Source: Treponemataceae bacterium
Lineage (GTDB): Bacteria; Spirochaetota; Spirochaetia; Treponematales; Rectinemataceae
DNA: 64,000 nucleotides
Assembly: GCA_963667725.2 (NCBI GenBank)
Contig: CAXXHO010000003.1
Location: forward strand, 1,408,001 to 1,472,000
Direction of reading: 5' to 3'
The notes under the pieces were generated by a model, which saw only the letters and a list, made by a program, of their open reading frames with translations, was not told where the DNA came from and searched no databases. Within the stretch, counting starts at the first letter, position 1, and the number at the start of each line of letters is the position of its first letter. The translations under genes were made by a program, and so were the position numbers. Shown piece after piece: positions 29,415-38,257 of the stretch.

Positions 29415-30821
29415 GTGAAATTTTTCATCGATCAACATGGCTGCGCCAAGAACCAGGTAGACGGCGAGGAAATCGCCGCCCGACTGGAGGACGCCGGCTA
29501 CGAATATGTAGCTTCCGGAGAGGAAGCCGATCTCATCATCGTCAATACCTGCGGTTTCATCGAATCGGCCAAGCGCGAGTCCATCGACGCGACGCTGGCA
29601 ATAAAAGCCCTGTGGCCGGACAAGAAAGTTCTCGTCGCGGGCTGCCTGGCCCAGCGATATCCGGAAGCGCTCCTGGACGAAATGGCGGAGATAGACGGCA
29701 TCTTCGGAAACGCCGATCTTTCCCTCGTGACGCAAGCGGTAGAAAAAACCATGGCCGGGGATCGCAAAGCCATCGTTCCCGCTCAGCCCACGGCCATAAG
29801 CGACGATTATTACATCAGGAAAAGGCTTTTCGATTTCCCCGGCGTCGCCTACGTAAAGGTGACCGAAGGCTGCAATAACCGATGCACCTATTGCGCGATT
29901 CCCCTCATCAGGGGAGACCTGCGCTCCAGGAGCATCGCCGACGTGAAGAATGAATGCCGAAACCTCATACAAGGAGGAATCTACGAGATCAATCTGATAG
30001 GCCAGGACCTAGGCGCCTATGGCTGGGATCTCACCGCCAGGGAAGAAAGCGGGGCCAAGACCGATCTCCCTGCCCTCCTCGCTGCCTTAAGCTCCCTGGA
30101 AGGAGATTTCCGCATCCGCGTCCTCTACATTCATCCCGACCACTTTCCAAAAGAAATACTCAAGGTCATGGCGCGCGATCCGCGCATCCTTCCCTATTTC
30201 GACCTTCCTTTCCAACACGCATCGGAGACCATCCTCAGGGCGATGAACAGAACCGGATCGATTCGGAAATACCTGGATCTCGTCGCCATGATCAGAGCCT
30301 CCTTACCGGAATCCATGATCCGCTGCACCTTCCTCGTCGGCTTTCCGGGAGAAACGGAAGAGGATTTCAAGGCGCTGCAGGCTTTCCAGTCCGAAGCGAA
30401 GCTGGACTGGATGGGCGTCTTCACCTACTCCCGAGAGGAAGGAACCCCGGCATATTCGATGAAAGGTCGCGTCGGTAAGAAAATCGCCGCTGAACGGAAA
30501 AAGCTGGTCGAGTCGGCACAGGAAACCATCACTCCCGAACGCCTGCGCCGCTTCATCGGTAGCGAGGTCGAAGTCATTTCTGAAGAGCCGGTGGAAGGCT
30601 CCGAGCTCAGCCTCTGCAGGGCATGGATGCAGGCGCCCGAAGTGGACGGCCTCACCGTGGTCAAGGGCGTATTGGCGCCCGGCCAGAGGGCTCGGGTCAA
30701 GATCGTCGCCGTGAACGGGGTCGATTTCGAGGCTGAACTCGCGGGAAGGGCGCGGCCTGCAGGGCTCGCCAGCCCGGCAGGGTCAGCAAAGCCGGCCGCG
30801 CCCATCGGAGCCGACGCCTGA
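29415..30821 (+). CDS. rimO: Ribosomal protein S12 methylthiotransferase RimO
   Basis: GCAKNQVD, VNTCGFIESAKRESI, EGCNNRCTYCAIP, QAPEVDG (TRAM). GTG start at 29415 behind GAGGA. Confidence 0.95.
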   Translation: MKFFIDQHGCAKNQVDGEEIAARLEDAGYEYVASGEEADLIIVNTCGFIESAKRESIDATLAIKALWPDKKVLVAGCLAQRYPEALLDEMAEIDGIFGNADLSLVTQAVEKTMAGDRKAIVPAQPTAISDDYYIRKRLFDFPGVAYVKVTEGCNNRCTYCAIPLIRGDLRSRSIADVKNECRNLIQGGIYEINLIGQDLGAYGWDLTAREESGAKTDLPALLAALSSLEGDFRIRVLYIHPDHFPKEILKVMARDPRILPYFDLPFQHASETILRAMNRTGSIRKYLDLVAMIRASLPESMIRCTFLVGFPGETEEDFKALQAFQSEAKLDWMGVFTYSREEGTPAYSMKGRVGKKIAAERKKLVESAQETITPERLRRFIGSEVEVISEEPVEGSELSLCRAWMQAPEVDGLTVVKGVLAPGQRARVKIVAVNGVDFEAELAGRARPAGLASPAGSAKPAAPIGADA

Positions 30822-33184
30822 TGTCCGACGATCGGCCCCTGCCTCCCTACCTGTCTTCGCTCAACCCCGAGCAGCTTGAGGCAGTCCTCCACGAAGGTTC
30901 CCCGCTTCTCATCCTGGCCGGCGCTGGCACGGGCAAGACCAGGGTGATAACGACGAAAATCGCCTATCTCGTGAAGGAAAAAGCCGTACCGCCCGAATCC
31001 ATCCTCGCCGTTACCTTCACGAACAAGGCAGCCCGCGAAATGAGGGAGAGGGCGGCCATGCTCGAACCCCGCTGCGAGCGGGCTGTCATACGCACTTTCC
31101 ACTCCTTCGGCGCCTGGTTTCTGCGGAGAAACGCCGCGGCGGTAGGGCTGGATTCGAACTTCGTCATCTACGACGACGGAGATTCCTCCGAGCTGATCCA
31201 CGCGGCCCTGCCCCAGCTTGCAAGGCAGGAATGCAAGCGATATGGCTCCCTCATAGCGCGCGCCAAGGACTACAATCTCGAGCCCGATTCGCCCAACCTC
31301 AATGTCTCCCTGCGCGACGAGGACTTCAGGAGAATCTACGCGCTCTACGCGGAAAGGCTGAAAGCCACGGGCAACGTGGATTTCGGCGACCTCATCAGGC
31401 TGCCGACGAAGATCCTGGCCGAGGACGAGGCGATCACGAGGCGCACAAGGCAGCGATTCAGAGTGATACTCGTCGACGAGTACCAGGACGCCAACACGGC
31501 GCAGTTCCTCCTTCTCCAGGGCCTCGTCGGTCCGGACACGTACATCTGCGTGGTGGGCGACGACGATCAGTCGATCTACAAGTTCCGGGGCGCAGAAATC
31601 AAGAATATCCTCGGTTTCTCCAAAATATTCCCGGGCACGAAGACGATAAAGCTGGAGCGCAATTACCGTTCCTACCAGACCATTCTCGATATAGCGGGCA
31701 ACGTGGTCTCGCATAATTCCGGGAGGCTTGGAAAGACGCTGCGGGCCACCAAGCCAGGCGGCGCCAAGCCCCAGCTCGCCCTCCTCGACGACCAGGACCA
31801 GGAAGTGGAATTCTGCGCGAGGATAGTCAGGGACCATCAGAAGAAGGGCGGCAGGCTTTCGGACATCGCGATCCTCTACCGGACGAATGCCCAATCTCTC
31901 GCCTTCGAGAAAGATTTCCCGCGCAAGGGAATATCCTACCAGCTCGTCGGCGCCCTGCGCTTCTACGATCGAGAGGAAGTGAAGGACGTGCTCGCCTACC
32001 TCTCGCTGATCCTCAATCCGCGCGATGAGATCGCCTTCAGGAGAGTGGTCAACAAGCCCGCGAGGGGCCTGGGCGACACCAGCGTCGATGCCATCCTGGA
32101 CAACGCCATGCGCCGCGGCGCCTCGGTGCTCGATTCCTGCAGGGACTGCAGGGAGTCCATGCGCGGCAAGGGAAAAACGGGCCTGGACCAGTTCCTCGCC
32201 ATCATGGATCACGCGGGGAGCTTGCTGGGAGACCGCGGGACAGTCCAACCGCGCCCGCCCCAGGCCGGCGACGCGGACATAAGCGACGGACCCTACTCTC
32301 TCTCGGATGGGGGCAGGGCCAATCCCGATTCCGGGTCTTCGTCCTTAGGTCTCCTCCTCGAAGCCCTCATCAAGGAGAGCGGCCTGGCCGGCTACCACAA
32401 GGACCAGGACGAGATCGCGGGCACCCAGAAACTCGCCAACATGGAAGAACTCGTCAACGCTTCCTCGATTTATCCCCTGGTGAGAGAGGGCCTGGCAGAA
32501 TTTCTCGAGACGATAGAGCTGGACAGGGGTTTTCAGGCGGGCGACCAGTCCGAGACGAAGGAAGCGGTGACCCTCATCACCATGCACAATACGAAGGGAC
32601 TCGAATTCCCGATCGTCATCGTGACCGGACTGGAGCAGGGACTCTTCCCCCGCGACGACGAGGAAGGCGACGATCTGGAGGAGCAGAGACGCCTGTTCTA
32701 TGTCGCCCTCACGCGGGCCAAGAACAGTCTCTATCTTTCCGCCTGCCGCTGGCGCCGCATGAGAGGCAGGCTCTTCGAGACTTCCCCCTCGCGCTTCCTG
32801 ACCGAAATGGATCCGAAGATGTACGAGTTCTGGAAGAGCGGAGCGAGCGCTTCGCGCCCCATGACTGCTCACTTCCCGCATTCCCAGCCATCCTCCGGAT
32901 CGCCAGGGACAGGTTCCCACGCGGCGGTCCGATCGGGAACCAATCCCATGGCGGGATCGTACGGCGGGCAAAGCCCCAGGAAGGGAACGCAGGATGCCGC
33001 TTCGGCCGGTTCGGAGTGGAAACAAGGACAATCTGTCTATCACGACGAGTACGGGCAAGGCGCCATCATCAAGGTGAGCATGACCGAGAGTTCAGGTTCC
33101 CTCGTCATCGTGCAGTTCGAATCGGGTAAAATCGCGCAGTTCTTCCCCAAATACACGAGAAAACTCGAGAGGATAAAGGAATGA
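30821..33184 (+). CDS. pcrA: UvrD/PcrA-family superfamily I DNA helicase
   Basis: AGAGTGKT, TFTNKAA, VDEYQD, VGDDDQSIY, NYRS, TMHNTKGLEF, RRLFYVALTRA, and a C-terminal Tudor-like domain. Confidence 0.93.
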   Translation: MSDDRPLPPYLSSLNPEQLEAVLHEGSPLLILAGAGTGKTRVITTKIAYLVKEKAVPPESILAVTFTNKAAREMRERAAMLEPRCERAVIRTFHSFGAWFLRRNAAAVGLDSNFVIYDDGDSSELIHAALPQLARQECKRYGSLIARAKDYNLEPDSPNLNVSLRDEDFRRIYALYAERLKATGNVDFGDLIRLPTKILAEDEAITRRTRQRFRVILVDEYQDANTAQFLLLQGLVGPDTYICVVGDDDQSIYKFRGAEIKNILGFSKIFPGTKTIKLERNYRSYQTILDIAGNVVSHNSGRLGKTLRATKPGGAKPQLALLDDQDQEVEFCARIVRDHQKKGGRLSDIAILYRTNAQSLAFEKDFPRKGISYQLVGALRFYDREEVKDVLAYLSLILNPRDEIAFRRVVNKPARGLGDTSVDAILDNAMRRGASVLDSCRDCRESMRGKGKTGLDQFLAIMDHAGSLLGDRGTVQPRPPQAGDADISDGPYSLSDGGRANPDSGSSSLGLLLEALIKESGLAGYHKDQDEIAGTQKLANMEELVNASSIYPLVREGLAEFLETIELDRGFQAGDQSETKEAVTLITMHNTKGLEFPIVIVTGLEQGLFPRDDEEGDDLEEQRRLFYVALTRAKNSLYLSACRWRRMRGRLFETSPSRFLTEMDPKMYEFWKSGASASRPMTAHFPHSQPSSGSPGTGSHAAVRSGTNPMAGSYGGQSPRKGTQDAASAGSEWKQGQSVYHDEYGQGAIIKVSMTESSGSLVIVQFESGKIAQFFPKYTRKLERIKE

Positions 33185-34047
33185 TGCAGCAGCTTTCCCG
33201 CGAGGCCCTCGATCTCCTCGAAACCTTTCCGGTAGTGCGAAGGGCGCGCGGATGGAGACTTTACGGCGCCGATAATTCCAGGATCCTGGACATGTACCTC
33301 GACGGCGGAAGATCAGTGACGGGCAGGCGCAGCGGCGCGTCGGGCAGGCTGGAGAAGGAATGCATAGACAGAGGCCTCGATTCATCCCTTCCCACGTTCT
33401 GGAAGCGGCGCCTGGAAAAAGAAATTCTCGCCTGGCTGCCCGGATATGCCCGGGTCCGTTTCTTCGCGTCCGAGGCCGAGGCGCTCCTGGCGCTCGCCGA
33501 TAAGGACGCCGATTTCGCGCGAAGACTACGCGCCGGCGATTCATTCCCCGATGCCTTGCGGTTTTTCGCCGAAAGCGTTTTCGTGGAAGCGCCCTTTTCG
33601 GCATACAGAACCGACCTCGCGAAAGATCCCGCTACCCGCGCTTTCGGTGGAGGGTTGGCGATGGCTATCCTGCCCCTCGCTCCCGCGTGGAGTCTGGGCG
33701 TCATCCTCGAAAAAGAAGAAAGCGAAGATTGGGGAGATCAAGCATCCGCAGCCCCCATCCCGACGATCAGGCTCGCGGCGGCGGCCAGAGCGCTCTCGGA
33801 TTTCACGGCCTTCGCCAAGGATTTCGGGGAAAAGAAATGGGCGGCCATCGATCCCTTCATCGCCGGGCTCTTTCTCCGCTCGGGTCCTTGGCTCTACCCA
33901 GCCTATCCAAGGGAAGCACATGGCGAAGTCTTCGCCGCCTGCCTGAAAAAGAACATCCTGATCTCGCCCGACTACGATCAGCCTTCGCTGGTTCCGGGAG
34001 AATTCGAAGCGGGAGAAGTATCGCCGCTGAAGTCTATCCGGCCATAG
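33181..34047 (+). CDS. Hypothetical protein with an N-terminus resembling class III aminotransferases
   Basis: Overlaps the pcrA stop (ATGA). VRRARGWRLYGADNSRILDMY resembles the class III N-terminal strand motif. No central PLP-lysine motif is visible. Confidence 0.65.
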   Translation: MMQQLSREALDLLETFPVVRRARGWRLYGADNSRILDMYLDGGRSVTGRRSGASGRLEKECIDRGLDSSLPTFWKRRLEKEILAWLPGYARVRFFASEAEALLALADKDADFARRLRAGDSFPDALRFFAESVFVEAPFSAYRTDLAKDPATRAFGGGLAMAILPLAPAWSLGVILEKEESEDWGDQASAAPIPTIRLAAAARALSDFTAFAKDFGEKKWAAIDPFIAGLFLRSGPWLYPAYPREAHGEVFAACLKKNILISPDYDQPSLVPGEFEAGEVSPLKSIRP

Positions 34048-34051
34048 GGAG

Positions 34052-35008
34052 TCAGCCTCGCCTGAGAGAGAACAGGCGAAGCGTCACGACGCCCCCGATT
34101 ATAAACAGCCCGCCCCATATTCTGTTCGCCGTCAGTTGCTCCCCGAGAATCAGCGCCGAAAGCAGCACGGTCATCACCGGTTCCACCGTGCTGATGAGCG
34201 ACGCGTTGGTCGCGCCTATTCTTTTCATGGAGGAAAACAGGGAGGTGATGGGAAGGACCGTGGCCACGAGGGCTATGCACGCGATGAAGACCCACTCCAT
34301 AGCGCTGCCGGGAACCTTGACGGGGAGTCCGGCGACAAAAAGCAAAGCCCAGTAGAATATCCCGGCTGTCGTCATGATGACAGCCGTCGAAAAGAAGGGA
34401 TCGAAACCCGCGAGGATCTTCTCGCCGCTGACGAGATAGACGCCATAGCTTATGGCCACCAGGACGCCCAGGAGCAGGCCGGCCATGGGATACTCGCCGG
34501 GTTCGAAAAATGTCACGACGCAGCCGAGAAAGCTTATGGTCAGGGCGATCAGCTGCCCCGTCGTCGGCTTTCTTTTGAGGAAAAAAGCCGAGAGAAGAAG
34601 CACGAAGGCGGGGTAAAGGTAGAGAAGGAGGCTTGTTATGCCGGGGGCGAGCAGCTTGACCGTCAGGAAATAGAGGCCGGCCTGCGGCGTGAAGCCGAAG
34701 AGCGCCAGAAGAAGCAGATTGCGGAAGGCCCTGGATTTTTCCCCCTCAGCCCCGATGCCCTGATCATCATGGAAGGATTCCCCGGCACTCTTATTCGAAC
34801 TCACCCATCTCCGTACTCCGAGAAAGCACCATAGAAACGCGGAAGCGACGGTGAAGCGCCACGCGAGCGTCTGCGGCACCGAAAAGCCGTATCCGTAGAG
34901 GTTGGTGGCGAAGATGCCGAGGGTGGAAAAACCTATGGCCGACACCAGGGCGAGAGCCATGCCAGCGCCCGACAGTCCCACCGTTTTTGCGGCTATTTTT
35001 TCGTTCAT
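34052..35008 (-). CDS. EamA/DMT-family transporter
   Basis: About 10 TM segments; LLYLYPAFV and IGATNASLISTVEPV..LLSALILGE motifs. Confidence 0.9.
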   Translation of the reverse strand: MNEKIAAKTVGLSGAGMALALVSAIGFSTLGIFATNLYGYGFSVPQTLAWRFTVASAFLWCFLGVRRWVSSNKSAGESFHDDQGIGAEGEKSRAFRNLLLLALFGFTPQAGLYFLTVKLLAPGITSLLLYLYPAFVLLLSAFFLKRKPTTGQLIALTISFLGCVVTFFEPGEYPMAGLLLGVLVAISYGVYLVSGEKILAGFDPFFSTAVIMTTAGIFYWALLFVAGLPVKVPGSAMEWVFIACIALVATVLPITSLFSSMKRIGATNASLISTVEPVMTVLLSALILGEQLTANRIWGGLFIIGGVVTLRLFSLRRG

Positions 35009-35036
35009 GTCGCGTTCCTTGAGAGCCGATCGAAGC

Positions 35037-36563
35037 TTAGGCTTTGGCTTCGGTATCGAAAATCGCCTTCCCCGGGGCGAAGATGGAGGTGTCGATGCTC
35101 GCCCGGAGCTTTTCGACCTCAGACTGAGTTCGCGCTATCTCCCGGTATTCATAGCCGCCGTCCGATGGTTCGGCGCCCGACCAGACCGCCAGCCGCTTCG
35201 CGATTTTCTCGGCCGCGCGAACATCGGAGGGTCTGGCTTCGTCCAAGGGAGGGGTGACGCTTTCCGGCTTGAAGATATCACGCGCCGACAGGATGTTCCT
35301 GTACACGACGCGCCTCAGATTTTCGAACTTGATCTTCTCGTCTTCGGCCTTCTGCTTGATAGAGCGAATCACGGGGATGCCGAAGAACATTCCCGAAAAA
35401 ATCAGAGGAACTATGCCGAGGCCCCAAAAAAGCCCCGGTATGGGATTAGTCGAACCCAGAAGCTGGAAAAGGTAACCCGCCGCGGAATAGACAATGGGAA
35501 AACCGCCCCGCAGGGCATATCCCTGGGGAGTATTCACATAGATGGCGGTGCCGATCGTGATCGCGTTATAAAGGAAATAGCCGCCGAAGGCCAGGTTGAA
35601 GATATTGATGAGCCTGAAGGTTCTGTCCACCTTGGGTGCGTTGGAGGAGAATTTGTTGAGCCGTTTGAGGGCAACCGTCGAGCCCATGATTTCGGGCGTC
35701 GTGCCGACGCGCGCCAGGAGCTTCGGAAAATTGAAATACAGGACGCCAGATTCGGATACTTCGGGATTGCCCTCGAACTCGAGGAGGTATCTATTGATGG
35801 CGAGTTCGGCGTCGGCGGGATCCATGCCGGTAATGGCCATGAATTCAGCCATCGTGATGACGCCCTTATGTGTCTGGAGAAATGCCACGATGGCTTTCTT
35901 TTCCACTTCAGGCCATTTGGCGTTGGGATCGCCGTCGCCGAAGACGTGCGAAAAAATAGCCTTAGGCAGAGGCCTGCGTTCGCGTCTTTCCATGAACTGC
36001 CTGTTGCGCGTCTCCGGGCTCTTGAACAGTTCGGAATAGAACCAGATGCGGATAAAGCTGTCGAAGAGACTCGTGGTGAGCCATAGTCCCCCAAGACCGC
36101 CGCCTCTCCTGCTGCTGCTGCGGCTGTCGCGGTTTCCTCCGCCCTGCTGCACCGCCACCGATGCCACCATGGCGAAAAGCGCCAAGGCTATGAAAAGGAT
36201 GAAATAGCCGACAAGCATGACCATTATCCAGACCTTGAATACGGCCTTCGCGACTTCAACCGCGCCCTTTTTTGCCAGGCGAAGGAAACGCTTCAGCGAC
36301 GGGCCGAAACCTCTGTAGCGGCTTTTCATTCCATTAGGAAAGGAGTAGAGGATATCGCCCTTCTCCGTGACCCTGAGCCTGGCGCCGAATTCGTCGGCCA
36401 CGGCGGGGAGTTCAGCCTCTATCTGGTGCAACGGCAACCCCGTAAGCCCGGCGAGATCGGCCACCGTGGATTCGCGTCCCGTCGCCCTGAAGCCCCCGAG
36501 CAATTTTCCCCTGACGAGTTCCCTATCGTAATCGTATACTTTCTCGTTTTTTTCCTTAGCCAC
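35037..36563 (-). CDS. Conserved hypothetical membrane protein with an internal duplication
   Basis: 508-aa ORF with repeated motif VTEKGDILYSFP / VSESGVLYFNFP, FGDGDPN, and several TM segments. Confidence 0.75.
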   Translation of the reverse strand: MAKEKNEKVYDYDRELVRGKLLGGFRATGRESTVADLAGLTGLPLHQIEAELPAVADEFGARLRVTEKGDILYSFPNGMKSRYRGFGPSLKRFLRLAKKGAVEVAKAVFKVWIMVMLVGYFILFIALALFAMVASVAVQQGGGNRDSRSSSRRGGGLGGLWLTTSLFDSFIRIWFYSELFKSPETRNRQFMERRERRPLPKAIFSHVFGDGDPNAKWPEVEKKAIVAFLQTHKGVITMAEFMAITGMDPADAELAINRYLLEFEGNPEVSESGVLYFNFPKLLARVGTTPEIMGSTVALKRLNKFSSNAPKVDRTFRLINIFNLAFGGYFLYNAITIGTAIYVNTPQGYALRGGFPIVYSAAGYLFQLLGSTNPIPGLFWGLGIVPLIFSGMFFGIPVIRSIKQKAEDEKIKFENLRRVVYRNILSARDIFKPESVTPPLDEARPSDVRAAEKIAKRLAVWSGAEPSDGGYEYREIARTQSEVEKLRASIDTSIFAPGKAIFDTEAKA

Positions 36564-36612
36564 TCATTCCACCTTTTTGCGTCGACAAAGATTGAGAATT
36601 CCGGAATGTCCC

Positions 36613-38091
36613 TTACAGGAACTTGGATCTTCGCATCGCCATGGCCCTGCCGTATAGAGCGGTATACTCGCTGGCGGACTTTTCCCAGGAAAACTCCCGC
36701 GTCATGGCCTTCATGCGCATGATCTCTATATGCTCCCGGCGGTTGTACCAAGCCCAGACCGCCCAGCCTATCGTATTGAAAAGGGCGCGCGGCGTCAGGT
36801 CGTCGAACATGAAGCCCGTGCCGTCGCCCGTATCCTGGGCGTAATTTTCCACGGTATCGGCGAGGCCGCCGGTACGGTGCACTATGGGAAGGGTTCCATA
36901 ACGGAGCGAGTACATCTGGTTCAGGCCGCAAGGCTCGTAGCGGCTCGGCATCAGATAGAAATCGGAACCCGCCTCGATGAGGTGGGCAAGCCCTTCGTCG
37001 TAGCCGATTTTCGCCTTGAAATTAGGGAAGCGCGCCGAAAGAGATTTCAGCTCTTCCTCGCACCAGGCGTCCCCCGAACCGACAATGGCCATCTGGACAT
37101 TCATGGTCGAGAGAACATTCTGTATCGCCCCATACCCTCTGCCGAACATTTCCCCTATGCCTTTCTGTTCGGTAAGCCTGGCGACCATCCCCAGGAGAGG
37201 GATTTTATCGTCGACGGCCAGTCCGAATTTCTCCTGGAGGGCGCGTTTGCATGCCGCCTTGCCCTCCAGATCGACCACGGAGTATCGCGCGGGTATCAGC
37301 GTATCGGTTTCGGGATTCCAGATATCTTTATCCACCCCGTTCAGGATGCCGACAAGGTCGCGGCTCCTGTGGCGCAGAAGGCCGTCGAGACCGAATCCAT
37401 AGGCCGGCGTCTGTATCTCCCTCGCGTAGGTAGGCGAGACTGTGGTCAGGCAATCGGCTGCCGTGATGCCGGCCTTTAAAAGATTGACCGCGTCGTGGAA
37501 CTCGAATCCCGACGCGTGAAAATGCATCCAGTCGAGGCCGAAGAAGGGAAAATGCTCCTTGGCGTAGACACCTTGATAGCCAAGATTATGTATCGTCAAG
37601 ACGCTGGCCGTATTGGCAAAGCCCTTTTCCTTCTCCAGCGTCGAGAGGTAGACGGGGACGAGGGAGGTCGGCCAGTCATGGGCATGCATGATATCGGGCG
37701 TCCATCCCAGTTTCCTGCAAAGCTGAAAAGCCGATCTGGACAGAAGGCCGAAACGTTCCGGATTGTCGGAATATTCGCTTTGGCTGGACTGACCGTAGAC
37801 GCCGGTTCGTCCAAAAAAATCTTCATAATCCAGAAAATAGACGGGCACATTCGAGGAAGGCAGCGTGGAGGAATAGACGCGGGTCCAGTATTCGCCGTTT
37901 CCCGCGGGAACGGCCATAGGTTCGTCGAGGACGGCCAGGTTGTCCGTAGGGATGAAATAGTATCGGGGCATGATGACGCGCACGTCATGGCCAAGCCTGG
38001 AGAGGGCTATGGCCAGCGCGCTCACCGCGTCGCCCAGACCGCCCGATTTGGCAAAAGGAACAGCCTCGCTCGAGATCATCAGAATCTTCAC
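36613..38091 (-). CDS. glgA: Glycogen synthase
   Basis: SSEAVPFAKSGGLGD, HAHDW, TIHNLGYQG, TVSPTYA, MPSRYEPCGLNQMY, TGGLADTV. GTG start at 38091 behind GGAGG. Confidence 0.96.
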   Translation of the reverse strand: MKILMISSEAVPFAKSGGLGDAVSALAIALSRLGHDVRVIMPRYYFIPTDNLAVLDEPMAVPAGNGEYWTRVYSSTLPSSNVPVYFLDYEDFFGRTGVYGQSSQSEYSDNPERFGLLSRSAFQLCRKLGWTPDIMHAHDWPTSLVPVYLSTLEKEKGFANTASVLTIHNLGYQGVYAKEHFPFFGLDWMHFHASGFEFHDAVNLLKAGITAADCLTTVSPTYAREIQTPAYGFGLDGLLRHRSRDLVGILNGVDKDIWNPETDTLIPARYSVVDLEGKAACKRALQEKFGLAVDDKIPLLGMVARLTEQKGIGEMFGRGYGAIQNVLSTMNVQMAIVGSGDAWCEEELKSLSARFPNFKAKIGYDEGLAHLIEAGSDFYLMPSRYEPCGLNQMYSLRYGTLPIVHRTGGLADTVENYAQDTGDGTGFMFDDLTPRALFNTIGWAVWAWYNRREHIEIMRMKAMTREFSWEKSASEYTALYGRAMAMRRSKFL

Positions 38092-38257
38092 CGCAGGTCC
38101 TCCAGAAATATTGAACTGCACGGGGCCGACGTTCGCCATGGATGGAAACACTACATCGGAATGCGGCAGGAACAATTCGATTATACAAATACTGACGGCA
38201 ACCTGCAATGCTGAATCGCGCGGCCGATGTCCGCGCGCTTTCCGTTTGGAGGTAGCT

